Source of the DNA: Chiloscyllium plagiosum
Taxonomy: Eukaryota
Assembly (NCBI RefSeq): GCF_004010195.1
Contig: NC_057759.1
Span: 6,388,368 to 6,450,367 of the forward strand
Length of the DNA stretch: 62,000 nt
Reading direction: 5' to 3'
The notes under the pieces were generated by a model, which worked only from the letters and a program-made list of their open reading frames with translations, searched no databases and was not told where the DNA came from. The translations under genes and the position numbers were made by a program. Below are positions 37,767-49,224 of the stretch, piece by piece; positions within the stretch are counted from its first letter, which is position 1, and each line of letters starts with the position of its first letter.

Positions 37767-38767
37767 AACAAAAACTTCCAGCTCAGCGAACAGAACCACA
37801 GCAACGAGCACCCGAGCTACAAATCTTCTCACAAACTTTGCTCATAATATTTCAACTGCGGTCTGACCAGATCCTTATACAGCATCGGTAGTAGATCCAT
37901 GCACTTGTATTCTAGCCCTCTTGAAATGAATGCTAGCATTGCATTTGACTTCCTAACTGCCAATTGAAACTGCCTATTAACCTGCAAAGAATCTTGAACT
38001 TGCACTCCCAAGCCACTTTATGCTTCAGATTTCCCTAGTCTTTCCCGAAAATCGTCTGCCTCTCCTCACCAATGTGTGTAGGGAAGGTAAATGGAATGTG
38101 ACCTTTATTTTGCAACTGTCCAAGTCACTAGTCACTAGTCAGACCATACCTGTGATAAAGTTTTGGAGGTCCGTATCTGAGGAATGATAAGCTGGGTATT
38201 GGAGGCAGTTCAGAGAAGGTATGATCCCAGCTGCAGAGAGACTGTCTACTGAGGAACTAGTTTGGACCTGTCCGATGAAGGTGTAGGTTGTGATTGTCCT
38301 GATTGAAGTTTAGAAGAAGAGGCAACCTTATTGAAGATACTTCGAGGGACTTGACAGGAGAGATTCAGAGAGAGGTTGTGTCCCCTTGTAAGGGTGAATC
38401 TGGGATCAGAAGGGCATTGTCTCAGAACAAAGGGGTAACCCATTGACTTCGGAGATGAGGAGGAATTTCTTCATGCCAAGGAGAACGAATCTATGGAATT
38501 CTTTACATCGGAGGACAGTCGAGGCTGGATCATGAAATATATTCAAGACTGAGATCCTTAACCAGAAAGGAACATTGAGGACTATGGGGAGAAAATAAGA
38601 GTTGAAGATAATTAGATCAGCCACAATCTTGTTGAACAGTGGAACAGACTTGATGGGCTGAATGGCCTAGTTCTGTTCCTATAGTCGTATGGACCCCATT
38701 CCGAGGTGATATAATCTTGTGTTTCCTTTCTGACAGAGCAATGTAAAGGTATTTTGGAACATTTTAC

Positions 38768-38833
38768 CTTCTTCTTTCCTCTTTACTTGAACAATAGAGT
38801 ACACAATATCACCAGAAGTGGAGCCACTGACAT
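38768..38833 (-). CDS. Cytoplasmic exon with ITIM (gene C)
   Basis: ttctttgtttcag| and AAG|gtaaaa, 66 nt, phase 1/1; DVSGSTSGDIVYSIVQVKRKEE; IVYSIV fits (I/V/L/S)xYxx(L/V). Confidence 0.75.
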
Positions 38834-39458
38834 CTGAAACAAAGAACACAATTTTTAAGTTTCAAGAAATAATTAGTGCAGGATTCTGGAGATCTGAGAC
38901 CAATACAGGGCAGTGGAGAAACTCAGAGAGAGAGAGAGAGAGAGAACCAGTGTTAATTTTTCAGACCCAGTGTGAAAGTCCATCAGAACTAAGGAGGGAG
39001 AGGTGGAAAGGTACTGGAATCAATGTTCTGACCGATGAAAGCAAACATGCCAAACACTTTGTTAACCACCCTGTCTGCTTGTGATGTTACTTTCATAAAA
39101 CTATGTAACTAAACCCCTAGGTCTCTCTGCTGATTAAGACTACCCAAGCCCCTACTATTATGTGTATAAGTCTTGCCCTTCTGTGTTTTACCAAAATACT
39201 TGAACTTGCATTTACTTTCCACTGCTCAATCCATTGACCAAATTGATTGAGGTTTCTGAGTAATCTTGCATAATCTTCCTCACTGCTGACTCCACCACTA
39301 ATTTTGGTGCCATCTGCAAATGTACAGACCATGCTTCCCAAATTGTTTTCATATATATGACAGACAATATCAGACCAAGCACTGATCCCTACTTTTACCA
39401 GCAGCTGTACAAGGAAACGTATCCTTTGTCTCTCTCACGTGCTCTGTCACAAACTGAC

Positions 39459-39602
39459 CTCTGCTGGGTTGGGAATTGGAGATGTCCTGAAGTTGTTCTT
39501 TCTTATGGAGTTTGCAAACAGCAAACAGAAGCAGGAAAGCGATGAGGAGAACAGCAGCAACAGCAGAACCTCCGACCAGCAAAGTAAAAATCCCAGGAGG
39601 AT
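39459..39602 (-). CDS. Transmembrane exon of a type I receptor (gene C)
   Basis: ttctgtgttccag| and AG|gtcagt, 144 nt, phase 1/1; DPPGIFTLLVGGSAVAAVLLIAFLLLFAVCKLHKKEQLQDISNSQPSR, uncharged TM followed by a basic stop-transfer. Confidence 0.8.
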
Positions 39603-39699
39603 CTGGAACACAGAAATGAAATGAAAGATCACTCTGGCTGTCGCAAAGTCACTAAATTTAACATGCTCGGTGACAAAGTAGGGAACCGATTCTATTCAA

Positions 39700-42400
39700 A
39701 AAGCAGAGCATGCTGGGAGGGCCAGATGCATAAGGGTTAGTATACGTAGGACCTCAAGTGATTTTAATCAAGGATAGTATAATGGTGGCCAAAAGAACTT
39801 TTCAGGAGGACTCGTCTACTGAGGTAGTGTGAGCTGAGGTTAGAAACAGGAGACGAAAGGTCAGACTGCTTTGAGTTTTTTTATCGGCCTCTGCAGAGTT
39901 CCAGGGAGGTGGAAGAGAGGATTAGCAAAATTTATTCTGGAGAGGAGTGAAAGGAACAAAGTGGTCATTATTGGGGACTTTAACTTCCCCAATGTTGACT
40001 GGAAATGCTATAACTCTATTATGTCGGATGGATCAGTTTTTGTCAATGTGTACAGGAGGGTTTCCTGACACAGTATGTCGAAGGGCCGACAAGAGGGTAG
40101 GCCACACTGGATCTGGGGCTTGGTAATGAGCCAGGCCAGGTGTTTGGTTTAGTTGTAGGTGAGCATTTTGGAGAGAGTGACCATAATTCAGTTACGTTTA
40201 GTTTAGCGATGGAAAGGGATAGGTACATGCCACAGGTTCGGAGTTATCGATGGGGTAAGGGCAATTATAATGCGAGTAGGCAAGAATTAGGATGCATAGA
40301 ATGGGATAGCAAAATGCAGGGGATGCAGACAATGAAATGTGGAGCTGGTTTAAGGAACAGATATTGTGTGTCCTTGACAGGTATGTCCCTGTCAGGCAGG
40401 GAAGAAGTGATAAGGTAAGGGAACTGTGGTTTACTACAGAAATTGCATTTCTTGTTAAGCAGAAGAAGGAGGTTGATGTGTTGATGAGGCAGGATGGTTC
40501 AGGTGAAGTGATGGGGAGTTACAGATCAGCTAGGAAGGATTTAAAGAGAGTTAAGAAGAGCAAAGAGAGGACATGAGCAGTCTTTCGCAAATAGAATAAA
40601 GGAGAACCCTAAAGCTTTCTACAGGTATATGAGGAATAAAAGGTGACTCGCGTAGGAATAAGGCCAGTCAAAGACAGAAGTGGGAAGTTGAGTGTGGAAC
40701 CCTGTGGAGATCGGAGAGGTGCTAAATGAGCATTTCTCATTGGTGTTCACTCAGGAAAAGGAGAATATTGTAGAGGACAAGAATGAGGTACGAGATATTA
40801 GACTAGAAAGGATCAAGGTTCATTATGAACAGGTGTTAGCAATTCTAGAAGGAGTGAAAGTAGATAATTCCCCTGGCCTGGATGGGATTTATCCAAGGAT
40901 TCTCTGGGAAGCTCGGGAGGAGATAGCAGAGCCTTTGACTTTGATATTTGAGTCATCATTGTCTACAGTTTTAGTACCAAAGAACTGGAGGATTGCAAAT
41001 GTTGTGCCCTTGTTCAAGAAGGGCATTAGAGGTGACCCAGGTAATTATAGACCAATGACCCTTGCATCTGTTGTCGGAAAGGTTTTGGTAGGATTATAAG
41101 AGATAGGATTTATAATCATTTAGCAAGGAACAATCTGATTTCAGATAGTCAACATGGTTTCATCACAAACCTCATTGTTTTTTTTTTAGGTGACCAAGCA
41201 TGTAGATGAGGGTGGGGCAGTGATCTTGTATACATGGACTTCAGTAAAACCTTTGATAAGGTTCCACATGGTAGGCTATTGGAGAAAATGCAGAGGAACG
41301 GGATTGAGGACAATTTAGCAGTTTGGATTAGAAACTGGCTTTCTGAAAGAAGACAGCGAGTGGTAGTTGATGGAAAATATTCAGCCTGGAGTCCGGTTAC
41401 TAGTGGTGTGCCACAAGGATCTGTTTTGGGACCAATGCTGTCTGTGATTTTTTTTTTATGAATGACTTAGATGCAGGCATAGGTGGATGGATTAGTAAAT
41501 TTGCAGATGGCACTAAAGTCGGTGGAGTAGTGGACAGTTTGGAAGAATGTTACAGATTGCAGGTGGACTTGGATAAACTGCAGAATTGGGCTGAGAGGTG
41601 GCAAATGGATTTCAGTGCAACTAAATGTGAGGTGATTCACTTTGGGAAGAAAAACAGGAAGGCAGACTACTGGGTCAATATAAATATTCTTGGTAGTGTG
41701 GATGTACAGAGGGATCTTGGATCTTGGAGTCCATGTACATAGATCCCTGAAAGTTGTCACCCAGGTTGAAAGTGCTGTTAAGAAGACACACAGCATGTTA
41801 GACTTGAGTGGTAGAGGGATTGAGTTCCAGAGCTGCAATATCATGTTGCAACCATACAAAATGCTAATGCGACCATACTTGGAATATTGTGTACAGTTCT
41901 GGTCACTATATTTCGGGAAGGATGTGGAAACATTGGGAAAGGTGCAGAGGAGATTTACCAGGATGCTGCCTGGTCTGGAGGGAAGGTCTTATGAGGAACA
42001 GCTGAGACTCTTGGGTCTGTTCTCATTGGCAAGAAGAAAGCTAAGAGGGGCTTTGATAGAGACACACCAAATGATCAGAGGATTAGATAAGGTAGACAGT
42101 GAAAGTCTTTTTCCAAGGATGATGATGTCAGCTTGTATGAGGGGGCATAACTACAAATTTAAGGGTGATCGATTTAAGACAGATGTCAGAGAGTGGTAAG
42201 GGTGTGGAATGCCCTACCTGCTGATGTAGTCAACTCAGCCAATGTAACTAAGCCACATTAGGGAGATTTAAACAATCCTTGGATAAGCACGTGTATGATA
42301 ATGGAATAGTGTAGGGGGTCGAGCTGAGAATAGTTCACAGGTCAATGCAACATTGAGGGCCGAAGAGCCTGTTCTGCACAGTATTGTTCTCTGTTCTTTC
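39700..42400 (+). mobile_element. 5'-truncated CR1 LINE ORF2 (endonuclease + RT), degenerate
   Basis: [47 protein letters not shown]; 3' tail TATTGTTCTCTGTTCT. Confidence 0.9.
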
Positions 42401-43424
42401 TCGGGCCCAATTTAGGATGTGGCCCAGTGTGACATCTAGCCTAGTTTAGAATGAGGCCCAACTAAGGATGAAGTCCAGTTTATGTGAGGCAGATTTACTA
42501 AGGGGCCCACTTTACATTTGGGCCAAGTTTACAATCTGAACAAAATGTGTGGGAGGCTTCCCTTACAGTGAGGCCCAGTTTAGGGTGCAACCCTGTTTGG
42601 GATGTGGCCCAGTTTAGATTGAGGCCCAATTTTAGATGTTTTACAGTTTCGGGTGAGGCCCAGTTTGGGATGTGGCACACTTTAGAATGAGACCCACTTT
42701 GGGATGTGGCCAATTGTTAGTGTGTGGCCCAATTTGGGAAGTTGCCCAGTTTAGGTTGAGGCACAGTTTGTGATGTGCCTCTGTTTAGGGTGAGGAGCAG
42801 TTTGGGAGGTGACTCAGTTTATGCTGAGGACCAGTTTGGGATGTGGCCCAGGTTAGGATAAGGCCTCATTTGGGATGTGGCCCAATTTAGGCTGAGTCCC
42901 AGTTCAGGATGAGGCCCAGTTTAAGATGAGGTTCAGTTTAATATGAGGCCTGATTTGGGATGAGACACACTTTTGGACGAGGCCCACTTTAAGTTGTGGC
43001 ACGGTTTATAGTGAGTCCCAATTTAGGATGGGCCCAGTCTCCGATGAGGCTCAATTTTGGATGGTACCCAGCTTCGTATGCAGTGCAGTTTAGGATGAGG
43101 CCCAGTGTAATATCTGGCCCAATTTAGGATGAAGCCAAATGTGACATCTGGCCCTGTTTAGAATGAGGCACAGTGTAGGATGAGGTCCGATTTAGGATGA
43201 GGTCAATTTACGAATGGGTGCACTTCACATTTGGGCCAAAATTACGATCTGAAAAAGAAATTTCTGTGAGGGTCACTTTCCAGTCAAGCCCAGGTTGGGA
43301 TGTGGCCCAGTTTAAGGTGAGATCCAGTTTGAGCTGTGGCCCAATTTAGGGTGAGGACCAGTTTGGAATGCAGCCCAGTTTAGGGTGAGGCCCCATTTTG
43401 GGATGTGGCCCAATTTAGGTTGAG

Positions 43425-43638
43425 CTGAAAATGTGTTGCTGGAAAAGCGCAGCAGGTCAGGCAGCATCCAGGGAACAGGAGAATCGACGTTTCAGGCATA
43501 AGCTCTTCTTCAGGAAAGAAGGGCTTATGCCCGAAACGTCGATTCTCCTGTTCCCTGGATGCTGCCTGACCTGCTGCGCTTTTCCAGCAACACATTTTCA
43601 GCTCTGATCTCCAGCATCTGCAGACCTCACTTTCTCCT
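43425..43638. mobile_element. Palindromic hammerhead-bearing element in satellite
   Basis: Near-perfect palindrome 43422-43604; minus-strand CTGAAGA...GAAACGTC; flanking CAATTTAGGTTGAG duplicated. Confidence 0.85.
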
Positions 43639-44057
43639 CAATTTAGGTTGAGGCCCAGTTTGGAATATGGCCCAGTTTAGGGTGAGGCCAACTTTGGGAT
43701 GTGGACTAGTTTAGTGTGAGGCCCAGTCTCTGATGTGGGCCAGTTTAGATTGAGTCCCAGTTTGGGATGTGGCTCAGTTTAGAGTGAGATCCAGTTTGGG
43801 ATGTGGCTCAGTTTAGAGTGAGATCCAGTTTGGGATGTGACCCAGCTTAAGCTGCTGCCAAATTTGGGATGTGGCCTAGTTTAGTGTGAAGCCTAGTCTC
43901 GGATGTGGTCCAGTTTAGGGTGACGCCCAGTTTCGTGTGTGGCCCAGTCTATAATGAAGCTCAGTTTGTGATGTGGCCCAGTTTAGGGTAAGGCCCAGAT
44001 TGAATGTGGCCCAGTTTAGGATAAGGCCTCATTTGGGATATGGCCCAGTTTAGGGTG

Positions 44058-44265
44058 AGTCTAGATTTCGTGTTGCTGGAAAAGCACAGCAGGTCAGACA
44101 GCATCTGTGGAGCACGATGATGAAAGCCCTTCACCATCATTCCTGTTGAAGGGCTTTTACCCAACCATCGATTTTCCCGCTCCTCGGATGATGCCTGGCC
44201 TGCTGTGCTTTTCCAGCAACACTATTCTAGATTCTAATTTTCAGCATCTGCAGTCCTCAATTTCA
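44058..44265. mobile_element. Palindromic hammerhead-family element in satellite
   Basis: Same family, diverged; flanks CCCAGTTTAGGGTG on both sides. Confidence 0.8.
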
Positions 44266-45416
44266 CCCAGTTTAGGGTGCGGCCCAGTTTGGGATGTGGC
44301 CCATTTTAGGCTGAGGCCCAGTTTAGGGTGAGGTGCAATTTGGATGTGGCCCAGTTTAGGGTGAGGCCTAGTTTGGGATTTGGCCCAGTTTAGGTTGAAG
44401 CCCAGTTTTGTATGTGGTACATTTTAGGGTGAAGCTCAGGTTGGGATGTGGCCCAGTTTAGGGTGAGGCCCACTTTGGGATGTGGCCCAGTTTAGGGTGA
44501 GGCCCACTTTGGGATGTGGCCTACGGTAGTGTTATATCCAATTTGGGATGAAGCTCGGTTTAGTTTGAGGCATAGTTTGTCATGTAGCTAAGCTGAGGGT
44601 GAGGCCTAGTTTAGTGTGAGGCCCAATTTGTGATGAGGTCCAGTTTCGGGTGAGGACCAGCTTAGTATGAGGCTTGGTTTGTGATGAGGCCCACTTTTGG
44701 ACGAGGCCCAGGTTAAGTTGTGGCAAGGTTTATAGTGAGTCCCAATTTAGGATGGGCCCAGTCTCCGATGTAGCTCAATTTAGGTTGATACCCAGTGTAG
44801 AATGAGGCGCGGTTTAGGATGAGGCCCAGTGTAATATCCGGCCCAATTTAGGGTGAGGCCCAGTGTGACATCTGGTCTAGTTTTAGAAGGAGGCCACGTT
44901 TAATATGAGGTCCAGTTTAGATTAGATTAGGTTCCCTAGTGTGGAATCAGGCCCTTCGACCCAACAAGTCCACACCGACCCTTAAGCGTAACCCATCCAG
45001 ACCAATTCCCTCTGACTAATGTACCTAACAGCCTAAATGGGATATAGCCCATTTTAGGCTGAGTCCCAGTTCAGGATGAGGCTCAGTTTTAGATGAGTTC
45101 CAGTTTAGTATGAGGCTTGGTTTGGGAAGAGACTCACTTTTGGATAAGGCCCAGGTTAAGCTGTGGCAAGTTTTATCGTGATTCCCAATTTAGGATGGAC
45201 CAGTCTCCGATGAGGCTCAATTTAGATTGACACCCAATGTAGAATGAGGCACGGTTTAGGATGAGGCCAAGTGTAATATCCGGCCCAATTTAGGATGAGG
45301 CTCAGTGTAACATCTGGCCTAGTTTTAGAAGGAGGCCATGTTTAGGATGCGGTCCATTTTACGAAGGGACCCATTTTACATTTGGGCCAAGTTTACGATC
45401 TGAAAAACATTTTTTT

Positions 45417-45739
45417 TTTAGATTTAGATTAGATTACAGTGTGGAAACAGGCCCTTTGGCCCAACAAGTCCACACCGACCCGCCGAAGCGCAACCCACCC
45501 AGACCCATTCCCCTACATTTACCTCTTCACCTAACACTACGGGCAATTTAGCATGGCCAATTCACCTGACCTGCACATCTTTTGGACTGTGGGAGGAAAC
45601 CGGAGCACCCGGAGGAAACCCACGCAGACACGGGGAGAATGTGCAAACTCCACACAGTCAGTCGCCTGAGGCGGGAATTGAACCCGGGTCTCTGGTGCTG
45701 TGAGGCAGCAGTGCTAACCACTGTGCCACCGTGCCGCCC
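45417..45739 (-). mobile_element. Full-length HE1 V-SINE
   Basis: Reverse complement GGGCGGCACGGTGGCACAGTGGTTAGCAC (A box)...GGTTCAATTCC (B box), V-domain, LINE-derived tail; partial copy at ~44920-45030. Confidence 0.92.
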
Positions 45740-46498
45740 GTGGGAGGCTCATCTTACAGTAAGGCCCAGTTTGGGATGTGGCCCAGTTCATGTTGAGGCA
45801 CAGTTTGGGATGTGGCCCAGTTTTGAGTGAGATTCAGTTTGGGATATGTCTCAGTTTAGTTTGAGGCCAACTTTGGGCTATGGCCGAGTTTAGGGTGAGG
45901 CTCACTTTGGGATGGGGGCCAGTTTCGGATGAGGCCCTGTTTGGAATACAGCCCAGTTTAAGGCGAGGCCCAGTTTAGGATGACACCCTGTTTTTGATGT
46001 GGCCCAGTCAAGGGTGAGGCCCAGTTTGGTAAGTGGCCCAATTCAGGATGAGGCCTAGTTTAGTGTGAAACCCCAATTTGGGATTAGGCCCAGTTTAGGG
46101 TGAGGACCAGCTTGGGATGTGGCTCGGTGTCGGGTGAGGCCCAGTTTGGGATGTGGCCCAGTTTCGGCTGTGGCCCAGTTTCGGCTGAGTCCCAGTTCAG
46201 GATGCAGCCCAGTTTAAAATGAGGTCGAGTTTAGTATTCAGCCTGTTTTGGGATATGACCTACTTTTGGATGTGGCCTGTTTAAGTTGTGGCACGGTTTG
46301 TACTCCGTCCCAATTTACGATGGGCCCAATCCTAATACGATGAGGTGCAATTTTGGATGGCACGCAGCTTCGTATGAGGTGCAGTTTAGGATGAGGCTCA
46401 GTAATATCTGGCACAATTTAGCATGAGGCCAAGTGTGACATCTGGCCTAGTTTAAAATGAAGCACAATGAGGTCCAGTTTAGGATGAGTTCCAGTCAG

Positions 46499-46863
46499 GA
46501 TGGGACAATTCGCCGCCGCTACCGATTAGCCACTGCCCTTTCAACGTCGAGAACACTTCGCCACCACCCTTTGGCCGCTGAGGATGATTCACCACCGCAA
46601 GTGTTTGTAACTCATATTTATGTATAAACCAATAAAATTATATTTATTTCACCTTTTTTATCAATATGTACTATGTTGTTGTATAAATAAAGGGGACTGA
46701 GAAGTATGAAAGAACAGGCGGGAGGGAAAACAATCACCACATATATATTTCCAGTGGCGAATACTCTCCAGAGGTCAAATGATCCCTGTGGACAAACACT
46801 GGTGGCGAACCAACAGTGGCTAATCGGCAGCGGCGAATGTGCCACAGCGAATCGTCACCAACC
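46499..46863. mobile_element. MITE-like insertion with imperfect terminal inverted repeats
   Basis: ATTCGCCGCCGCTACCGATTAGCCACTG...TTCGCCACCA vs TGGTGGCGAA...CAGTGGCTAATCGGCAGCGGCGAAT; AT-rich core; interrupts the satellite. Confidence 0.7.
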
Positions 46864-47504
46864 CAGGTCCAGTTTAGGATGAGGTCAAGTTTACCATTGG
46901 GTGCACTTTACATTTGGGCCAAATTTATGATCTGAAAAAAAAAAATGTGTGGCTCACCTGACAATGAGCTCCAGGTTGGGATGTTGCCCAGTTTAGGGTG
47001 TAGCCTATTTCAGGGTGAGGCCCAGTTTGCAATGAGGCCCAGTTTAGGGTGATGCCCAGTTTGGAATGCAGCCGAGTTTGGGGTGACACCCAGTTTGAGA
47101 TGTGGCCCGGTTCAGGGTGAGGCCCCATTTGTGATGTGGCACAGGTTAGTTTGAGATCCTTTTTCAAAATTGGCCCAGTTTAGTTTTGGCAAAGTTGGGA
47201 TGTTGCCCAGTTTAGGTTGAGGCCCATTTTGGAATGTGGCCCAGATTAGGGTGAGGCCCAGTTTTGGTTGACGACCACTTTGGGCTGTGGTCTAGTTTAG
47301 TGTGAGGCCCAGTCCCAGATGCAGCCCAGTTTAGGTTGAGGCCCAGTTTGGAATGTGGCACAGTTTAGAGTGAGTTCCAGTTTGTGATGTGGCCCAGTTT
47401 AGGGTGAGGCCCTGTTTGGAAAGTGGCCCAGGTAATGGTGAGGACAAGTTTGGGATGAGGCTTCATTTAGGGAGACGCCCGGTTTGGGATGTGGCCCAGT
47501 TTAG

Positions 47505-47734
47505 AGTGAATCTTGATTAGAGTAGTGCTGGAAAAGCACAGCATGTCAGGCAGCATCCGAGTAGCAGGAAAATCGATGTTTTGGGCAAATGCCCTTCATC
47601 ATCAATTCCTCATGAAGGGCTTTTGCCCAAAACGTCAATTTTCCTGCTCCTCGGATGTGGACTGACCTGCCGTGCTTTTCCAGCAACACTCCAATCTAGA
47701 CTCTGATCTCCAGCATCTGCAGTCCTCACATTCA
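47505..47734. mobile_element. Palindromic hammerhead-family element in satellite
   Basis: Same family and orientation as 43425 and 44058; flanks CCCAGTTTAG. Confidence 0.8.
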
Positions 47735-48751
47735 CCCAGTTTAGGATGAGTCCCAGTTTAGGATAATGCCCAGTTTAGGGTGAGGCACAATTAGTATGGC
47801 GCAGTTGAGTCCCACTTTTGGATTTATTGCACAGGTTTGGCTTTTTGAATATCCACCTGAATCTGCATCGCTTCCCATTATTAGAATGAGGGTCTGTCTG
47901 CCCTCTTGAGTGGATGTAGAAGATCCCACTACCACTATCTGGGGAAGAGTGGGTGCAGTAGGAGAGTTGTCCCAGGGTCCTGTAACAAGACCTTTCCTCA
48001 GCTCATGGCCTTGGATACACACACATCCAATCCACAGCATTGTCACCTTCCTACGTGTGGGAGCTTGCTGTGCGCTAATTGGCTGCAGTGGTTCCCACGT
48101 GACAAATCATCAATAAAGTTGTGGCGAAGTCTAAACTGCTTTGGGACATTCCAGAATTCCTGATACCCACGCAGTATAAGGTTTGATCAGGGGACGAAGT
48201 TTTTCCATTACAGGACCCTGACTCCAAAGGGATATAAACTGTCCCCGGTTGGATGGATGGTCAGTTTGAGACTGTTCAGAGATGGGTTTATTCTCAAAGC
48301 GTTCAGCTCAAAGGCACTTAGGGAGAGTTTGAAGATTGGTCACTGGACTCGAACCATTAACACTGTTTCTCTCTCCACAGGTGCTGTCAGACCCGCTGAA
48401 TTTCATCAATTTGTGGTTTTGCTTGGTTCAGACAGCATCCACATTCTTTGTTTTGTTTTATCGAAGGAGAGCATCTTGCTCTCTGGACTGGCCCAGGCAA
48501 GAGCTGTACTCGCCCCAGCTGGAGGCTCAGTCTTCATCAGTTCAAGGGGGATGTGGAACTGTGTAAATCAGCTAGATTTTAACTGAGTGTTCTTCCGTCT
48601 TAACATAATATATAAGAACACATCAGAGAATAAGGTACACATAGGGTCAGCGACCACTCATTAATTTAAAGAACATTTACAAAACACAAACATTGTAGAG
48701 ACATTAATTGTATATACCCAGAAACATAATGGTTTCGGGGGAAATACGGGT

Positions 48752-48767
48752 GGCTCTGAAAAGAGCC
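48752..48767 (-). terminator. Replication-dependent histone mRNA 3' stem-loop
   Basis: CCAAA-GGCTCTTTTCAGAGCC-ACCC, consensus, ~40 nt downstream of the H2B stop. Confidence 0.95.
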
Positions 48768-48808
48768 TTTGGGTTGCGGGTGTATTTGTTTCAGTTCAAT
48801 GCAGACAT

Positions 48809-49176
48809 TCACTTTGAGCTGGTGTACTTGGTCACCGCCTTTGTGCTCTCCGACACGGCGTGCTTGGCCAGCTCCCCAGGCAGCAGCAGCCACATGGCGG
48901 TCTGGATCTCCCGGGAGCTGATGGTGCTGCGCTTGTTGTAATGGGCCAGGCGGGAAGCCTTCCCCGCGATGCGCTCAAGAATATCGTTGACGAATGAGTT
49001 CATGATGCTCATGGCCTTGGAGGAGATGCCAGTATCAGGGTGAACCTGCTTTATCACTTTGTGGATGTACTTGGACTAACTTTCTTTCCTGGACCTTTTC
49101 CTCCTCTTGCCGCCCTTTACACCGCTTTCTTAGCGCCCTTCTTGGAAGGTTGCTGCGCTTTCTTTTCCTCTGCCAT
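48809..49176 (-). pseudogene. H2B: Histone H2B pseudogene
   Basis: MAEEKKAQQPSKKGAKKAV* then frameshift to [44 protein letters not shown]...KYTSSK; also substitutions at conserved sites (TAMW for TAVR, SES for SEG). Confidence 0.95.
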
Positions 49177-49224
49177 CGTCCCGCTCAATGTCAGAAACAG
49201 AATAAGGGAAAGTGGGCTGGTAGC

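Larger units (their letters stand above)
37522..37838 (+). mobile_element. Short Penelope pLTR-only element with inverted head and two hammerhead motifs, 12-bp TSD
   Basis: 37522-37604 is inverted relative to 37719-37802; TSD TGCTCATAATAT at 37510-37521 and 37839-37850. Confidence 0.85.
42403..47825. repeat. Satellite array, 17-bp monomer / 34-bp dimer (GGCCCAGTTTAGGGTGA + GGCCCAGTTTGGGATGT) with higher-order structure
   Basis: Hundreds of degenerate units, e.g. 44452-44520; marker TT(C)ACATTTGGGCCAA...ATCTGAA recurs at ~42511, 43225, 45377 and 46908. Confidence 0.95.

Noticed and set aside
45670..45739. tRNA gene
   Set aside because: It is the tRNA-derived head of the HE1 SINE, continuous with the V-domain
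42403..47825. CRISPR-like array
   Set aside because: Contiguous degenerate tandem units without unique spacers, eukaryotic context, no cas genes
48499..48508. AAGAGCTGT histone downstream element
   Set aside because: Wrong strand and distance for the H2B stem-loop; no plus-strand histone remnant nearby
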